From contig CAVPXI010000023.1 in the NCBI GenBank assembly GCA_963709585.1, forward strand, positions 64,001 through 128,000: a DNA stretch of 64,000 bases. Direction: 5' to 3'. The notes below the pieces were generated by a model. It saw only the letters and a program-made list of their open reading frames with translations, had not been told where the DNA came from and made no database searches. Origin of the DNA: Candidatus Dormiibacterota bacterium (lineage in GTDB: Bacteria; Chloroflexota; Dormibacteria; Aeolococcales; Aeolococcaceae). Position 1 is the stretch's first letter, and the number at the start of each line of letters is the position of its first letter. A program made the translations under genes and the position numbers. This document shows positions 28,727-39,296 of this stretch, in pieces.

Positions 28727-29141
28727 ACGTGCCGCGAGCAACAAACGCGACCTTCGGATCGTCCCAAACACTCCACGACCAACGCCCAACGGTCACGGGC
28801 CCATAGGTAACGGTGGGGAACTTCAGGATTTCGGGATCAGAGCCCCACCCCATCCATTCTCCGGGCTTCACTCCATGGAACGTGACGGTCCCACCCTGGG
28901 CTGTGCCAGCCACACCACACGTAGTCGTCACTGTGACGCCGAGCTTAGGCTTGGAGGCCGGAGCAGGCGTTGCAGTCGGCGTAGCTGTCGGGGCGGTCGT
29001 CGGCGCTACTGTCGGAGCGACGGTCGGGACGACGGTTAGCGCCAGGGTTGGCCGTGCACTCGGCCGCGTAACTGCCGTCGAGCCACATGCTGCGAGGCCA
29101 ACGGCGGCGATCGTCGTGCCGATGATGAATGTGAGTTTCAT
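28701..29141 (-). CDS. Lipoprotein with one Cys-bracketed domain (paralog of 13086)
   Basis: MKLTFIIGTTIAAVGLAACGST; TCGVAGTAQGGTVTF...TYGPVTVG...IPAC. Confidence 0.8.
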   Translation of the reverse strand: MKLTFIIGTTIAAVGLAACGSTAVTRPSARPTLALTVVPTVAPTVAPTTAPTATPTATPAPASKPKLGVTVTTTCGVAGTAQGGTVTFHGVKPGEWMGWGSDPEILKFPTVTYGPVTVGRWSWSVWDDPKVAFVARGTFTIPACPG

Positions 29142-29283
29142 GTCTGCTGCCCCTCCTCTACACGGACCGTCGTCCTGGCCGGTGCAGGATCCTAGCTGCA
29201 CTTCCTCTAGAACTCATGACGGGTGACACACCCACTCAACGGGAACACGCCATCGACGGTTACATCCGCGCAAATGCGTCGAA
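29135..29283 (-). repeat. Promoter/5'UTR module, second copy
   Basis: See 27563-27713; TGTAACC-N16-CGTTGA on minus strand at 29264-29236. Confidence 0.85.
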
Positions 29284-29402
29284 AGTTCTCCCTTGGGTGA
29301 CCTGACTCGCGCGCTGCGGCCGAGGATAGGATGACCGCCGACGGCCCTCGGCTATCAGGTGGGCCGAAGAGCCTGCAGTGAACGCGCCGGCGCGCAAGGA
29401 GA

Positions 29403-29930
29403 GTGGACGTGGCCGGTCATCCCGAAAGCGAAGCCGACGACGAAATGTTGCGGGCCTTTTTGCGCGGCCAGCGCGAATCGATGTTGGCGATCGTCGAGGG
29501 GCTGGACGAGGAGGCCTGGCACCGCTCCGTCGTGCCCACAGGCTGGACGCCGGCCGGGATGCTCGAGCACCTGGGCGGCGCTGAGTGGCACTGGTTCCAA
29601 GGCGTCGTTTTGGGCAAGCAGCCGGATTTGCCAGGCGACATCGCCGAGGATCAGCCGCCGTACGACCCCACGACGGTGGTGTTCACAACTGACGCGCCCT
29701 CGGCGGAGGTCGTCACCTTCTACCGCGACCAGTGCGCGCAGTCCGAGGCGGTGCTGGCGACCACCGCCCTTTCGGCGCGACCACTAGGCGAGCACGGGCT
29801 TGGTGGATTCGAGCCACCGAATGTTCGCTGGATCGTGTTGCACATGATCGAGGAGACGGCGCGGCATGCCGGGCATCTGGACATCGCGAGGGAGCTCCTC
29901 GACGGCACGACCCGGCTGGGTGGCCGCTGA
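29403..29930 (+). CDS. DinB/DUF664 family protein
   Basis: GMLEHLGGAEWHWF, RWIVLHMIEETARHAGHLDIARELLDG. Confidence 0.88.
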   Translation: MDVAGHPESEADDEMLRAFLRGQRESMLAIVEGLDEEAWHRSVVPTGWTPAGMLEHLGGAEWHWFQGVVLGKQPDLPGDIAEDQPPYDPTTVVFTTDAPSAEVVTFYRDQCAQSEAVLATTALSARPLGEHGLGGFEPPNVRWIVLHMIEETARHAGHLDIARELLDGTTRLGGR

Positions 29931-29977
29931 CAACTCGCAGAATCGGCGATTCACCAGTCATAACGAGGAGGACCACC

Positions 29978-30541
29978 ATGGCATCGATCGATGAAGCGAC
30001 CGCGTTCCGGCGTGCCAGCGAGAGTTTCGTGGAGCGAGCTCGAACGATCGGCCAGGAACAGTGGTCGGGACCGACGCCGTGCACGGACTGGGATGTGAGG
30101 ACGCTCGTGAATCACATTGCCGGTGAGTACCTCTGGGTACCGGAGATGTTGGCTGGTAAGACGATCGCGGAGGTCGGCGATCGTCTCGACGGTGACGTGC
30201 TCGGCGATGATCCACTGCGGAGGCTGATCGACGCTCGGAACGCCGCGCTCGCAGCCATCGATGGCCCGGGAGCTGTGGAGACCACGGTCCACCTGTCATT
30301 CGGTGACCTGCCCGCCGAGGCGTACGTGCAGCAGATGGCGCTCGACAGCGTGATCCACTCATGGGACCTCGCGCGCGGTATCGGTGCCGACGATGCGCTC
30401 GACCCCGAGCTCGTCGACCACTGCTATGCGGATCTGAAGGGAAGCGCTGAAGCCTGGAGGTCTGCAGGAGTTTTCGGCCCGGAGACGCCTCCCGCCGACG
30501 ATTCGACCCAGGCCAAACTCCTCGCGCTGACCGGCCGATAA
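29978..30541 (+). CDS. TIGR03086-family (MDMPI/DinB-like) metal-binding protein
   Basis: SD GAGGAGG; PTPCTDWDVRTLVNH, IHSWDLA, LLALTGR. Confidence 0.88.
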   Translation: MASIDEATAFRRASESFVERARTIGQEQWSGPTPCTDWDVRTLVNHIAGEYLWVPEMLAGKTIAEVGDRLDGDVLGDDPLRRLIDARNAALAAIDGPGAVETTVHLSFGDLPAEAYVQQMALDSVIHSWDLARGIGADDALDPELVDHCYADLKGSAEAWRSAGVFGPETPPADDSTQAKLLALTGR

Positions 30542-30589
30542 ATCCGCCGGGGATTACCCCGCTGCGGTCGGGAGGCGCGGCTAGGATCC

Positions 30590-30811
30590 AGTCCCTAAGC
30601 CACCACGCTGACTGTGTCGATGAGCGATCCGACGATGTGGAGTGACTGGGACGGCCACAGTGGGACAGCTGAGCCAGCGGGGTTCGCCGCTGCGGTTAGC
30701 AGCGTCACCGCGGTCGGCCTGTCTTTTGGCGGCGGCTGCTTCTTCGAGAATGGTATCGGGACCACAGACGGCTCGGGTACCTTCACCCTCAACAACTTCA
30801 CCGTGGGCTGA
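30590..30811 (+). pseudogene. C-terminal fragment of a secreted hypothetical protein
   Basis: Coding-like stretch VGLSFGGGCFFENGIG without a credible 5' part. Confidence 0.4.
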
Positions 30812-30973
30812 ACGTAACGGCGTAACCCGTTCTGAATGGAGCCTCTGGCAGCGCACCAGGGGCTCCTATTCACGCGGACCGAACGCGGTCGGGAATCGCC
30901 CCTCCGCAAGGTCTGATGCGGCCCTGCGGAACCCACCGCTGGCTTCTGTCGGATGCCGCCAGGCTAGCCAGGG

Positions 30974-31964
30974 TCAGGAGGTGTAGGCGGGATTCAAGAC
31001 GGTAGCGTCAAACGTGTAAGTGCCACCAATGTTGTTCCACCAATTGGTCCACGCTGCACCGCGTGCGTGGCACGAAGCGGTCGGGGTTGCTCTATAGACC
31101 GCTAGCACGACAGTTGTGGTGCAGGTTGCGAGTCTCCCCCCGGACGAGTTCGTGATCGTCATGGTCACTGTCGCGGTACCACTTCCAGCGTCTGAACCGA
31201 CGACCGCCGTGAGGGTGCAACCCGCACTGTTGCAGCCGTGGGCATCCACCGAGGAGATGTAGAAGTGCGGCGGCATGGTCACGAGGTCTGGCGTGACGTA
31301 GTCGGTCGGAATCGCAATCGTGACTGGAGAGTTGAAGCCGTCGAAGATGATGTCCACGTCTGAGAACCTGCCAACCAGATAGTGCGCGGCGGTGGTGATC
31401 TCCAGGATGTTGTGAGGAGTCGACGCTGCGAGAACGACGCTGCCCGAGGCATCGCTGAGCCGTATCCCCGCGCGCCCGTGCGAGTGCTTGCCCGAAGTCC
31501 GAGTGAGACCCGTGCGTCCGGACAGGAATGTCGACTCCAAAAGGCCGGGGCTGAGTATTGCCAGCACCGCGGCAGCCGACGCTGAGCCACCAGTCCGAAA
31601 CCACGGCGGCCCCTTCAGACTGGCCGCCAGCGTAGCGACGCTCGGGAACCCCGCGGTCACGAAAGGCGCCAGCGAATCAAAGTACGTGGCCCCGTCTGCG
31701 GAGACGAACGGTGAATCCGCGCCGTCGAGGGTGAGGGTACCGGAAGCGTTGCTGTTGTGGAGCATCGACGCTTGCACCGAGCCATCGAGCCCGTCAACAG
31801 TGAATGACCCCTCGACCTGCGTCGACTGAAGTGCCATAAGCGATTGCACGCCCCGCGGCCAGAAGCTGGCTCGGGGTCACGGACGGAACGGTGGGCTTGC
31901 TTGCGCATGCGGCCATCGCCAGAACCAGGCCAACGCCGACTGCGACCCTGCGCGTAGCCCTCAT
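30974..31964 (-). CDS. Lipoprotein (LppX/LprAFG-like N-domain), frameshift near 31850
   Basis: MRATRRVAVGVGLVLAMAAC lipobox in one frame, body in ORF 30974-31849. Confidence 0.65.
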
Positions 31965-32164
31965 AGTCCTCTTGCCCTCCCTCGGTGAGGTGCCAGGTGG
32001 CGACCGCTGCCGCGATTCTGCACCCCGCGGACGAAATGTGAGTCCACTTTCAGGACCTTCGATATGATCCTGCCAAGCCGAGTCGGTGAAATCGCGGTAT
32101 TGAAACGACCTTGAGCGATACCTCGGCACCACCCATCGCGTGAGGCCATGTAAGGGGTTGGCGC

Positions 32165-32821
32165 TTGTTCAGGCACCACCAAGAGAAGAAGGCGTACGAG
32201 GACTACCAGGCCAAGCTCGCCGCGTGGCAGGAGCAGCGCGACGCGTACGCGAACCTCGTGACCATGGCTCAGACCTATGCCGGTGAGCCCTCGTCGGACA
32301 TCATGCTGAAACCCGCCGAGGCAGTCTTTGCCACCGTGACCAGCGTCGCGCTGGTCGAGGACCGGCGCGGCGCCGGCCAATGGAAGGGCCGGTCACAGGG
32401 CTTCTCAATTCCCGTCGCGAGCATCCACGGACGCTCGATCCGGTACCGCGTCGGGACCTCGAGAGGCCATTTCGTCCAGGGCGCGCCGTCGCCGACTGCC
32501 ATCGACGTCGGTACGGCATACATCACGAACCAGCGGGTGATCTTCCAGGGAGCCAAACAGACGCGCGAGTGCCTGTACGCCAAGCTGGTCGGATTTCAGC
32601 ACGACGACGCGCAGGGGCAGACCATCTTCTCGGTGTCGAACCGACAGAAACCGACCTGCCTCCACTACGGATCGAGCCTGTCCGGTTGGTTCGACTTTCG
32701 CCTCGACCTGGCGATCGCCCACTACCGGGGCACCGTTGCCGCGATGACCGAGGGTGTAGAGGCGGACCTGGCCGCGCTCGATGCCGGCATGCCGGTCCCG
32801 CCGCCGCCACCGAAGTCGTGA
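32165..32821 (+). CDS. Conserved hypothetical protein (PH-like)
   Basis: IDVGTAYITNQRVIFQGAKQTRE; strong codon bias. Confidence 0.75.
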   Translation: MFRHHQEKKAYEDYQAKLAAWQEQRDAYANLVTMAQTYAGEPSSDIMLKPAEAVFATVTSVALVEDRRGAGQWKGRSQGFSIPVASIHGRSIRYRVGTSRGHFVQGAPSPTAIDVGTAYITNQRVIFQGAKQTRECLYAKLVGFQHDDAQGQTIFSVSNRQKPTCLHYGSSLSGWFDFRLDLAIAHYRGTVAAMTEGVEADLAALDAGMPVPPPPPKS

Positions 32822-32872
32822 TCAGACTGAGCGAAGCGCCGTCGCCGTCGCGAACGTCATGATCGCTCGACT

Positions 32873-33448
32873 GTGACGTCACACACGGAAAGCGCCGATC
32901 CGATAGCGCCGCTGGTGCGGTCGCTCCTCGACGAGATCGGTGAGGACGCCGCCCGCCCCGGCCTGATCCACACGCCGGCACGGGTGGCCGCGAGCCTGCG
33001 ATTCCTGCTCAGCGGCTATGCGCTCAATGTGGACGACGTCGTGCACGGCGCGATCTTCGAGGAGCCCTACTCGGAGATGGTGGTGGTCAAGGACATCGAG
33101 GTCTACAGCCTCTGCGAGCATCACCTGTTGCCGTTCTTCGGCAAGGCCCACGTGGCCTACATCCCGGACGGACGGATCATCGGACTCAGCAAGATTCCAC
33201 GCCTCGTCGACATGTTCGCCCGCCGCCTCCAGGTCCAGGAGCGGCTCACCATGCAGATCGGCGACGCGCTCCAGTCGGTCCTCGCTCCTCAGGGGGCCGG
33301 GGTCGTGATCGAGGCGACCCACCTGTGCATGGCGATGCGCGGCGTCCAGAAGCAGAACAGCTCGGCGGTGACCTCGTCGCTCACCGGCTGCTTCCGCGAC
33401 GACGACAAATCGCGAAGCGAGTTCCTCACGCTGATCGGCCACCGGTAA
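32873..33448 (+). CDS. folE: GTP cyclohydrolase I
   Basis: [37 protein letters not shown]. Confidence 0.97.
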   Translation: MTSHTESADPIAPLVRSLLDEIGEDAARPGLIHTPARVAASLRFLLSGYALNVDDVVHGAIFEEPYSEMVVVKDIEVYSLCEHHLLPFFGKAHVAYIPDGRIIGLSKIPRLVDMFARRLQVQERLTMQIGDALQSVLAPQGAGVVIEATHLCMAMRGVQKQNSSAVTSSLTGCFRDDDKSRSEFLTLIGHR

Positions 33449-33458
33449 GGGCGCGGGC

Positions 33459-33674
33459 TCAGCTCGCCCCGACGGCGACCACCTCGAGCCACACGAGCAG
33501 CACTCCGAACGCGAACATCACCGTACCGAGCGCCATGTGTGCCCAGCGGATCGGCTGCCGGCCTCGACGGGTGCCGATGATCCGGCTGTAGATCGTCAGC
33601 CCGATGATGCCGAGGCCACCGGCGACCAGCATGGTCGCGGGCACGCCGATGATCGCGCCGAGCACCCCATTCAT
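33459..33674 (-). CDS. Small membrane protein
   Basis: Two TM helices. Confidence 0.55.
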   Translation of the reverse strand: MNGVLGAIIGVPATMLVAGGLGIIGLTIYSRIIGTRRGRQPIRWAHMALGTVMFAFGVLLVWLEVVAVGAS

Positions 33675-33729
33675 GCGGGCAGCCTACGTGGTCGGCGGGC
33701 GCGGACGTGCCCGCCCGTACCATGGACTG

Positions 33730-34836
33730 ATGCCCACCCGAGCCCTCAGCACCGCCGGCGAGACCGCGGTGATCGATACGCTCGCGCGCCTCGGCGAGCC
33801 TGCCTGGCGCGCGCGTCAGATTCAGGCCGCCGTCTGGCAGCCGTTCGTCGGCGACTTCGAGGCGATGCTTCAGCTCCCGGCACCGCTGCGGCGCGCCCTG
33901 GGCGGCGAATTCGAGTTCTCGACGGTGACCGTCGCCACCGAGGTGCTCGCTGACGCCGGGGAGACGATCAAGCTTCTCTGCCGTCTCGGCGACGGCCAGA
34001 CCGTCGAGACGGTCGCGATGGAAACGCCCGCGCGGGCCGACTCGCGCCGCCGCTCGACCGTGTGCGTCAGCAGCCAGGTGGGCTGCGCTGTCGGCTGCCC
34101 CTTCTGCGCCACCGGCCACATGGGGTTGCGCCGCAACTGCACGGCCGCCGAGATCGTGGACCAGGTGCGCGCCGCATCGAGCGCGCTGCAGCGGCGCGGC
34201 ATGGGGCCGGTGACCCACATCGTATACATGGGAATGGGGGAGCCCCTCGCCAACGTTGCCGCCACCCTCGAATCGCTGCGCGTGCTCACCGCCGACGCAG
34301 GCATCAGCGCGCGCCGGATCACCGTCTCCACGAGCGGCGTGGCACCGGGCATCGAGCAGCTCGCGGCATCCGGCATATCGGTGACGCTCGCTGTCTCGCT
34401 GCACGCAGCGACCGACGAGCTGCGCGATCGCCTCGTCCCGATCAACCGGACGTATCCGCTCGGTCTCGTCCTCGGCACCGCCTCGCGCTACGCGGAGCGG
34501 AGCGGGCGCCGGATCAGCTTCGAGTGGTGCCTGATCGGTGGCGTGAACGATTCGATCGAGCAGGCCGAGGGTCTTCGCGACCTTGCCCGTCGCGCTCAGG
34601 CGCACATCAACGTGATCCCCATGAACCGTATCGAGGGCAGCCCGTGGGGGCCGCCGGAGCCCGAGGTGGCCCGCCGCTTTCTCGGCGCACTCCGAGGCGC
34701 GCGTGTGACCGTCCGCGACACTCGCGGCGGCGACGCGGATGCGGCCTGCGGCCAGCTCCGGGCCGACCTCGAGGCACGCCGACTGCTCCGTCCCGACGGC
34801 ACGCTGTCACCGCCTCGGGTGCCGGCCCGAGCGTGA
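33730..34836 (+). CDS. rlmN: 23S rRNA m2A2503 radical SAM methyltransferase
   Basis: [35 protein letters not shown]. Confidence 0.93.
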   Translation: MPTRALSTAGETAVIDTLARLGEPAWRARQIQAAVWQPFVGDFEAMLQLPAPLRRALGGEFEFSTVTVATEVLADAGETIKLLCRLGDGQTVETVAMETPARADSRRRSTVCVSSQVGCAVGCPFCATGHMGLRRNCTAAEIVDQVRAASSALQRRGMGPVTHIVYMGMGEPLANVAATLESLRVLTADAGISARRITVSTSGVAPGIEQLAASGISVTLAVSLHAATDELRDRLVPINRTYPLGLVLGTASRYAERSGRRISFEWCLIGGVNDSIEQAEGLRDLARRAQAHINVIPMNRIEGSPWGPPEPEVARRFLGALRGARVTVRDTRGGDADAACGQLRADLEARRLLRPDGTLSPPRVPARA

Positions 34837-35936
34837 CCGGCGCGCGCAGCGTCGACGAGGCGCTGATGGACGCCGCCCTTGCCGCCGCCCGATCGGCCGA
34901 CTACGCCACCGGTCCCAATCCCATGGTCGGCTGCGTCGTCGCGAGGGAAGGGGAGGTGATCGCCACCGGGTTCCACCGCAAGGCCGGTCATCCCCACGCC
35001 GAGGTCGAAGCACTCGCGGTCGCCGGTGATCGCGCCCGCGGCGCCGACGTGTACGTCACGCTCGAGCCCTGCGCGCACCACGGACGCACACCGCCCTGCG
35101 TCGATGCGGTGATCGCGGCCGCGCCGCGCCGAGTGGTTGTTGCCATGAGCGACCCGAACCCGCTCGTCTCCGGGCGGGGCGTCGATGCGCTGCGCGCCGC
35201 CGGGATCACCGTCGAGGTCGGCGTCCGCGAGGCCGAGGGCCGACGGCTCAATGAGTTCTATGTCAAGCACATCACCACCGGACTCCCCTTTGTCACGGCC
35301 AAATTCGCCGCCTCGCTCGACGGCAGGATCGCGACCGCCGGAGGCGAATCGCGATGGATCACCTCCGACGCATCGCGCGCCGTCGCGCATCGCCTCCGCC
35401 ACAGCCACGATGCCGTGCTGGTGGGCATCAACACCGTGCTCACGGACGACCCTGCATTGACCGCCCGCTTCGAAGGCGGCCGCTCGCCGCTGCGGGTCGT
35501 CGCCGACAGCGACCTCCGCATTCCCGACGGTGCTCGCGTGCTCCAATCCGGGGTTGGCGCCGCGCTGATCGCGACCACCGCGCGGGCGAGTCCCGAACGC
35601 ATAGCGCAACTCCGCGCCTCAGGCGTCGACGTCGAAGTAGTCGATCAGGGACCGGGTGGCGTCGATCTCCGCGCCCTGATGACGTTGCTCGGATCGCGGG
35701 ATGTGATCAGCGTGCTGGTCGAGGGCGGCGCCGGCGTCCTCGGAAGCGCCTTCGATGCGGGCATCGTGGACAAGGTGGTGGCCATGCTCGCGCCGAGGAT
35801 CATCGGCGGTGCCGGCGCTCCGGGTGCGGTCGGCGGCGCCGGGGTTCCGAGCCTCGCGGCGTCGCCGCTCCTCGCCGACGTCTCCGTCGAGACCGCGGGT
35901 CCCGATCTCATCGTGACCGGATACTGTGTACGCTGA
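34833..35936 (+). CDS. ribD: Riboflavin biosynthesis deaminase/reductase
   Basis: [38 protein letters not shown]. Confidence 0.96.
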   Translation: MTGARSVDEALMDAALAAARSADYATGPNPMVGCVVAREGEVIATGFHRKAGHPHAEVEALAVAGDRARGADVYVTLEPCAHHGRTPPCVDAVIAAAPRRVVVAMSDPNPLVSGRGVDALRAAGITVEVGVREAEGRRLNEFYVKHITTGLPFVTAKFAASLDGRIATAGGESRWITSDASRAVAHRLRHSHDAVLVGINTVLTDDPALTARFEGGRSPLRVVADSDLRIPDGARVLQSGVGAALIATTARASPERIAQLRASGVDVEVVDQGPGGVDLRALMTLLGSRDVISVLVEGGAGVLGSAFDAGIVDKVVAMLAPRIIGGAGAPGAVGGAGVPSLAASPLLADVSVETAGPDLIVTGYCVR

Positions 35937-35954
35937 GATCGAGGAATAAGCAGA

Positions 35955-36576
35955 GTGTTCAGCGGGATCGTCGAAACCCTCGGCACGGTACGGGCGCGCA
36001 CGCCCGGGCGGATCGAGATCTTGCCGCGCACAGCGTTCGCGCACCTCGAGCTTGGTGAAAGCATCGCCGTCAACGGCGCCTGCCTCACTGTCGCGACGGT
36101 AGACGGCCACGCCTTCGCGGCCGACGTCATGCCCGAGACACTGCACCGCACCACGCTTGGGGAGCTGACCGAGGGCGCGACGGTCAACCTCGAACGGGCG
36201 CTCAAATTCGGTGACCGAGTCGGCGGCCACACGGTGTCCGGTCACGTGGACTTCAACCGGCATCGTGACCGCGCTGGGGGAGGATGCCAACGCCCGCTGG
36301 GTGACCATCGCAACACCCGACGACATCATCGATCTGGTCGCTGAAAAAGGATCCATCGCCGTCGACGGCATCAGCCTCACCGTCGTCGATGTGTTCGAAG
36401 CGGCGTTCACGGTGTCACTGATTCCCGTGACCCTCGCCCAGACGGTCGCAGGCGCCTGGAGAGTGGCGACACGCGTGAACCTCGAGGCCGACCTGATCGC
36501 CCGCTACGTTGCGCGGACGCTTTCCGCACGAGACCGCCGCGCCACTTTCGCCACCACCGCAGCCCACGAGGGATGA
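35955..36576 (+). CDS. ribE: Riboflavin synthase, frameshift near 36255
   Basis: MFSGIVE, SIAVNGACLT, GGHTVSGHVD, KGSIAVDGISLT, VNLEAD. Confidence 0.93.
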
Positions 36577-37805
36577 CCGCGATGAGCCTGGCCGCCGTCG
36601 ACGACGCGATCGAGGACATCCGCGCCGGCAAGTTCGTGATCATCGTCGATGACGAGGACCGCGAGAACGAAGGAGATCTCGCAATCGCCGCCGACCGGAT
36701 CACGCCCGAAGCGGTCAACTTCATGGCGACGCACGGGCGCGGGCTCATCTGCGTGCCGGTCGAAGGCTGGCGCCTCGACGAGCTCGGCGTCGGCGCGATG
36801 GTCGACGACAACACCTCCAGATTTGGCACCGCGTTCACCGTCACCGTCGAGGCGATCGGCCACGGGGTGACCACCGGGATCAGCGCCTTCGATCGCGCCA
36901 CGACCATCCGCCTGCTCTGCGACGAGCACGCCAAGCCCAGCGACTTCGCCAAGCCGGGCCACACCTTTCCGCTCCGGGCGGCGGCGGGAGGTGTGCTCGA
37001 ACGCGCCGGCCAGACCGAGGCGATCGTCGATCTGTGCAAGCTGGCCGGGCGCTTTCCCGCCGGGGTCATCTGCGAGGTGATGCGCGCCGACGGCCGCATG
37101 GCCCGGCGTCCCGACCTCGATGCCTTCGCTGCCGAGCACTCGATCAAGATCGTGGCCGTCAACGACATCATCGCGTACCGGCGGCGCAACGAGCGGCTCG
37201 TCGAGCGAGGCGCGACCACGACGCTGCCGACCGAGTACGGCACGGTTGTCGCGTACGCGTACGAGGATGTGATCACGGATGTCACCCACGTCGCACTCGT
37301 CTGGGGTGACGTGCGCGGCGAGGAGCCGGTCCTGGTGCGCGTGCACAGCGAGTGCCTCACCGGCGACGTCTTCGGTTCGCAGCGCTGCGACTGTCAGGCG
37401 CAGTTGCACAAGGCGATGGCGATCATCTCGGAGGCGGGGCGCGGAGTCCTCGTGTACCTGCGTCAGGAGGGCCGCGGCATCGGCCTCATGGACAAGCTGC
37501 GCGCCTATGCGCTGCAGGATCGCGGGCTCGACACGGTCGAGGCGAACCTCAGCCTGGGGCTGCCGATCGACAAGCGCGACTACGGCATCGGCACCCAGAT
37601 CCTGTCCGATATCGGCGTCAAGCGCATGGTCGTGCTGACCAACAACCCGCGGAAGTATTACGGCCTCAGCGGCTACGGGCTCGAGGTCACCGACCAGATC
37701 CCGCTGGTGATCCCCGCGACCACGCACAACGAGCGCTACCTGCGTGCCAAGCAAGACAAGCTCGGGCACAGTCTGGATTTGGACGATGCCGTCGACGCGA
37801 TATGA
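36573..37805 (+). CDS. ribBA: DHBP synthase / GTP cyclohydrolase II
   Basis: [37 protein letters not shown]. Confidence 0.97.
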   Translation: MTAMSLAAVDDAIEDIRAGKFVIIVDDEDRENEGDLAIAADRITPEAVNFMATHGRGLICVPVEGWRLDELGVGAMVDDNTSRFGTAFTVTVEAIGHGVTTGISAFDRATTIRLLCDEHAKPSDFAKPGHTFPLRAAAGGVLERAGQTEAIVDLCKLAGRFPAGVICEVMRADGRMARRPDLDAFAAEHSIKIVAVNDIIAYRRRNERLVERGATTTLPTEYGTVVAYAYEDVITDVTHVALVWGDVRGEEPVLVRVHSECLTGDVFGSQRCDCQAQLHKAMAIISEAGRGVLVYLRQEGRGIGLMDKLRAYALQDRGLDTVEANLSLGLPIDKRDYGIGTQILSDIGVKRMVVLTNNPRKYYGLSGYGLEVTDQIPLVIPATTHNERYLRAKQDKLGHSLDLDDAVDAI

Positions 37806-38337
37806 CGCCGACGGCGGCGCAGCCGGCGCACCGATCGAGCGTGCGCGCGTCCACACCGGCAGTCTCGACGCGACCGGCATGCGCATTGCCATCGTGGTCT
37901 CGCGCTTCAACGACATCATCTCCACGCGACTCCTCGAGGGCGCGGTCGAGGCGCTGCGGGATCACGGGGTCGCCGGTGACATCGACGTGGTGTGGGTTCC
38001 CGGGGCGTTCGAGATCCCGATTGCGGCGCGCGAGCTGGCGCAGCTCGGCGCGGTCGACGCGGTGGTCTGCCTTGGCGCGGTGATTCGCGGTGACACCGCT
38101 CATTTCGACTACGTCGCCGGTGAAGCCGCCCAGGGAATCGCGTCGGTGCACGCCACCACGGGCGTGCCCGCGACCTTCGGCGTACTGACCGTCGACACCG
38201 TTGAGCAGGCAACCGATCGCGCCGGCGGCAAGCATGGGAACAAGGGCGCCGAGGCTGCGGTCACCGCGATCGAGATGGTGTCGCTGCTTCGCGAACTGCG
38301 CCGGCCGCGGACGGCCGAGCAGCGCGCGGCTTCATGA
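37786..38337 (+). CDS. ribH: Lumazine synthase
   Basis: [31 protein letters not shown]; start uncertain. Confidence 0.96.
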   Translation: MPSTRYDADGGAAGAPIERARVHTGSLDATGMRIAIVVSRFNDIISTRLLEGAVEALRDHGVAGDIDVVWVPGAFEIPIAARELAQLGAVDAVVCLGAVIRGDTAHFDYVAGEAAQGIASVHATTGVPATFGVLTVDTVEQATDRAGGKHGNKGAEAAVTAIEMVSLLRELRRPRTAEQRAAS

Positions 38338-39296
38338 GCGCGGCGGCGCGGGTCGTCTCCCTGCTCCCCAGCGCCACCGAGATCCTCTTCGCCATCGGCG
38401 CCGGCGACCGCGTCGTCGGGGTCACCCACGAGTGCGATCATCCCGACGCCGCACGCCATCTGCCCGCAGTGACGTCGAGCCTGCTCGCGACCGGCGGAAC
38501 GGCTCCGGGCGACATCGATCGCCACATTCACGCGGCGCGTCACGCCGGGTCGAGCATCTACCGGCTCGACGAAGCAGCGCTCGCGCCACTCGAACCCGAT
38601 CTCATCGTCACCCAGGAGCTGTGCGACGTCTGCGCGGTCGCATACAGCCAGGTCAGGCGGGCGGTGCGCCGCCTGCCCGGCGACGTCCCCGTCCTGTCGC
38701 TCGAACCGCGCTCGGTGGAGGAGATCTGCGCCTCTGTGGAGGAGGTCGGCGTGGCCACCGGGTATACCGACGGGGCGAATCGCACCGCCGCGTCAATGCG
38801 AACGCGGGTCGCGGAAATCGCCGCCCTCGATTCGCCGGAGCCGCGCCCGCGGGTGGTCTGTATCGAATGGACCGACCCGCTCATGGTCGGTGGCCACTGG
38901 GTGCCCGAGATGGTCCGTCTTGCGGGCGGTCTCGACGTCCTCGGTGACGAGGAAGCGCCGTCCCGGTACGTCTCGTGGGACGAGGTGGTCGATGCGCAGC
39001 CCCAGGTCATGATCGTGATGCCCTGCGGGTACGACCTTGTGAAAACCCTCGAGCTGGTGCCGGAGGTTGCCGCCCGTCCGGGATTCGACGAGCTCGAGGC
39101 CGTACGCACCGGCCGTGTTGTCGCGGTGGACGGCTCCGCGTACTTCAGCCGCCCCGGACCGCGGATCGTCCAGGGCCTCGAGATCCTCGCCGCGGCAGTC
39201 CGCGCCGAGCCGGGCGATCCGGCCCCAGAAGGCGCCGCCTACTGGAACCAGCCGGCGACGTCGAGAATGGCGTTGATCGAACCGAGCGGGTTGTAG
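38334..39296 (+). CDS. Cobalamin/iron-siderophore-binding (BtuF-like) protein
   Basis: [36 protein letters not shown]. Confidence 0.85.
   Translation: MSAAARVVSLLPSATEILFAIGAGDRVVGVTHECDHPDAARHLPAVTSSLLATGGTAPGDIDRHIHAARHAGSSIYRLDEAALAPLEPDLIVTQELCDVCAVAYSQVRRAVRRLPGDVPVLSLEPRSVEEICASVEEVGVATGYTDGANRTAASMRTRVAEIAALDSPEPRPRVVCIEWTDPLMVGGHWVPEMVRLAGGLDVLGDEEAPSRYVSWDEVVDAQPQVMIVMPCGYDLVKTLELVPEVAARPGFDELEAVRTGRVVAVDGSAYFSRPGPRIVQGLEILAAAVRAEPGDPAPEGAAYWNQPATSRMALIEPSGL

Noticed and set aside
27563-29283. Direct repeats as ends of a mobile element or DGR template/variable pair
   Set aside because: They are paralogous promoter/leader regions; no transposase or reverse transcriptase and no A-specific mismatch pattern
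23211-32821. Island integrated at tRNA-Leu
   Set aside because: No integrase and no duplicate of the tRNA 3' end noticed
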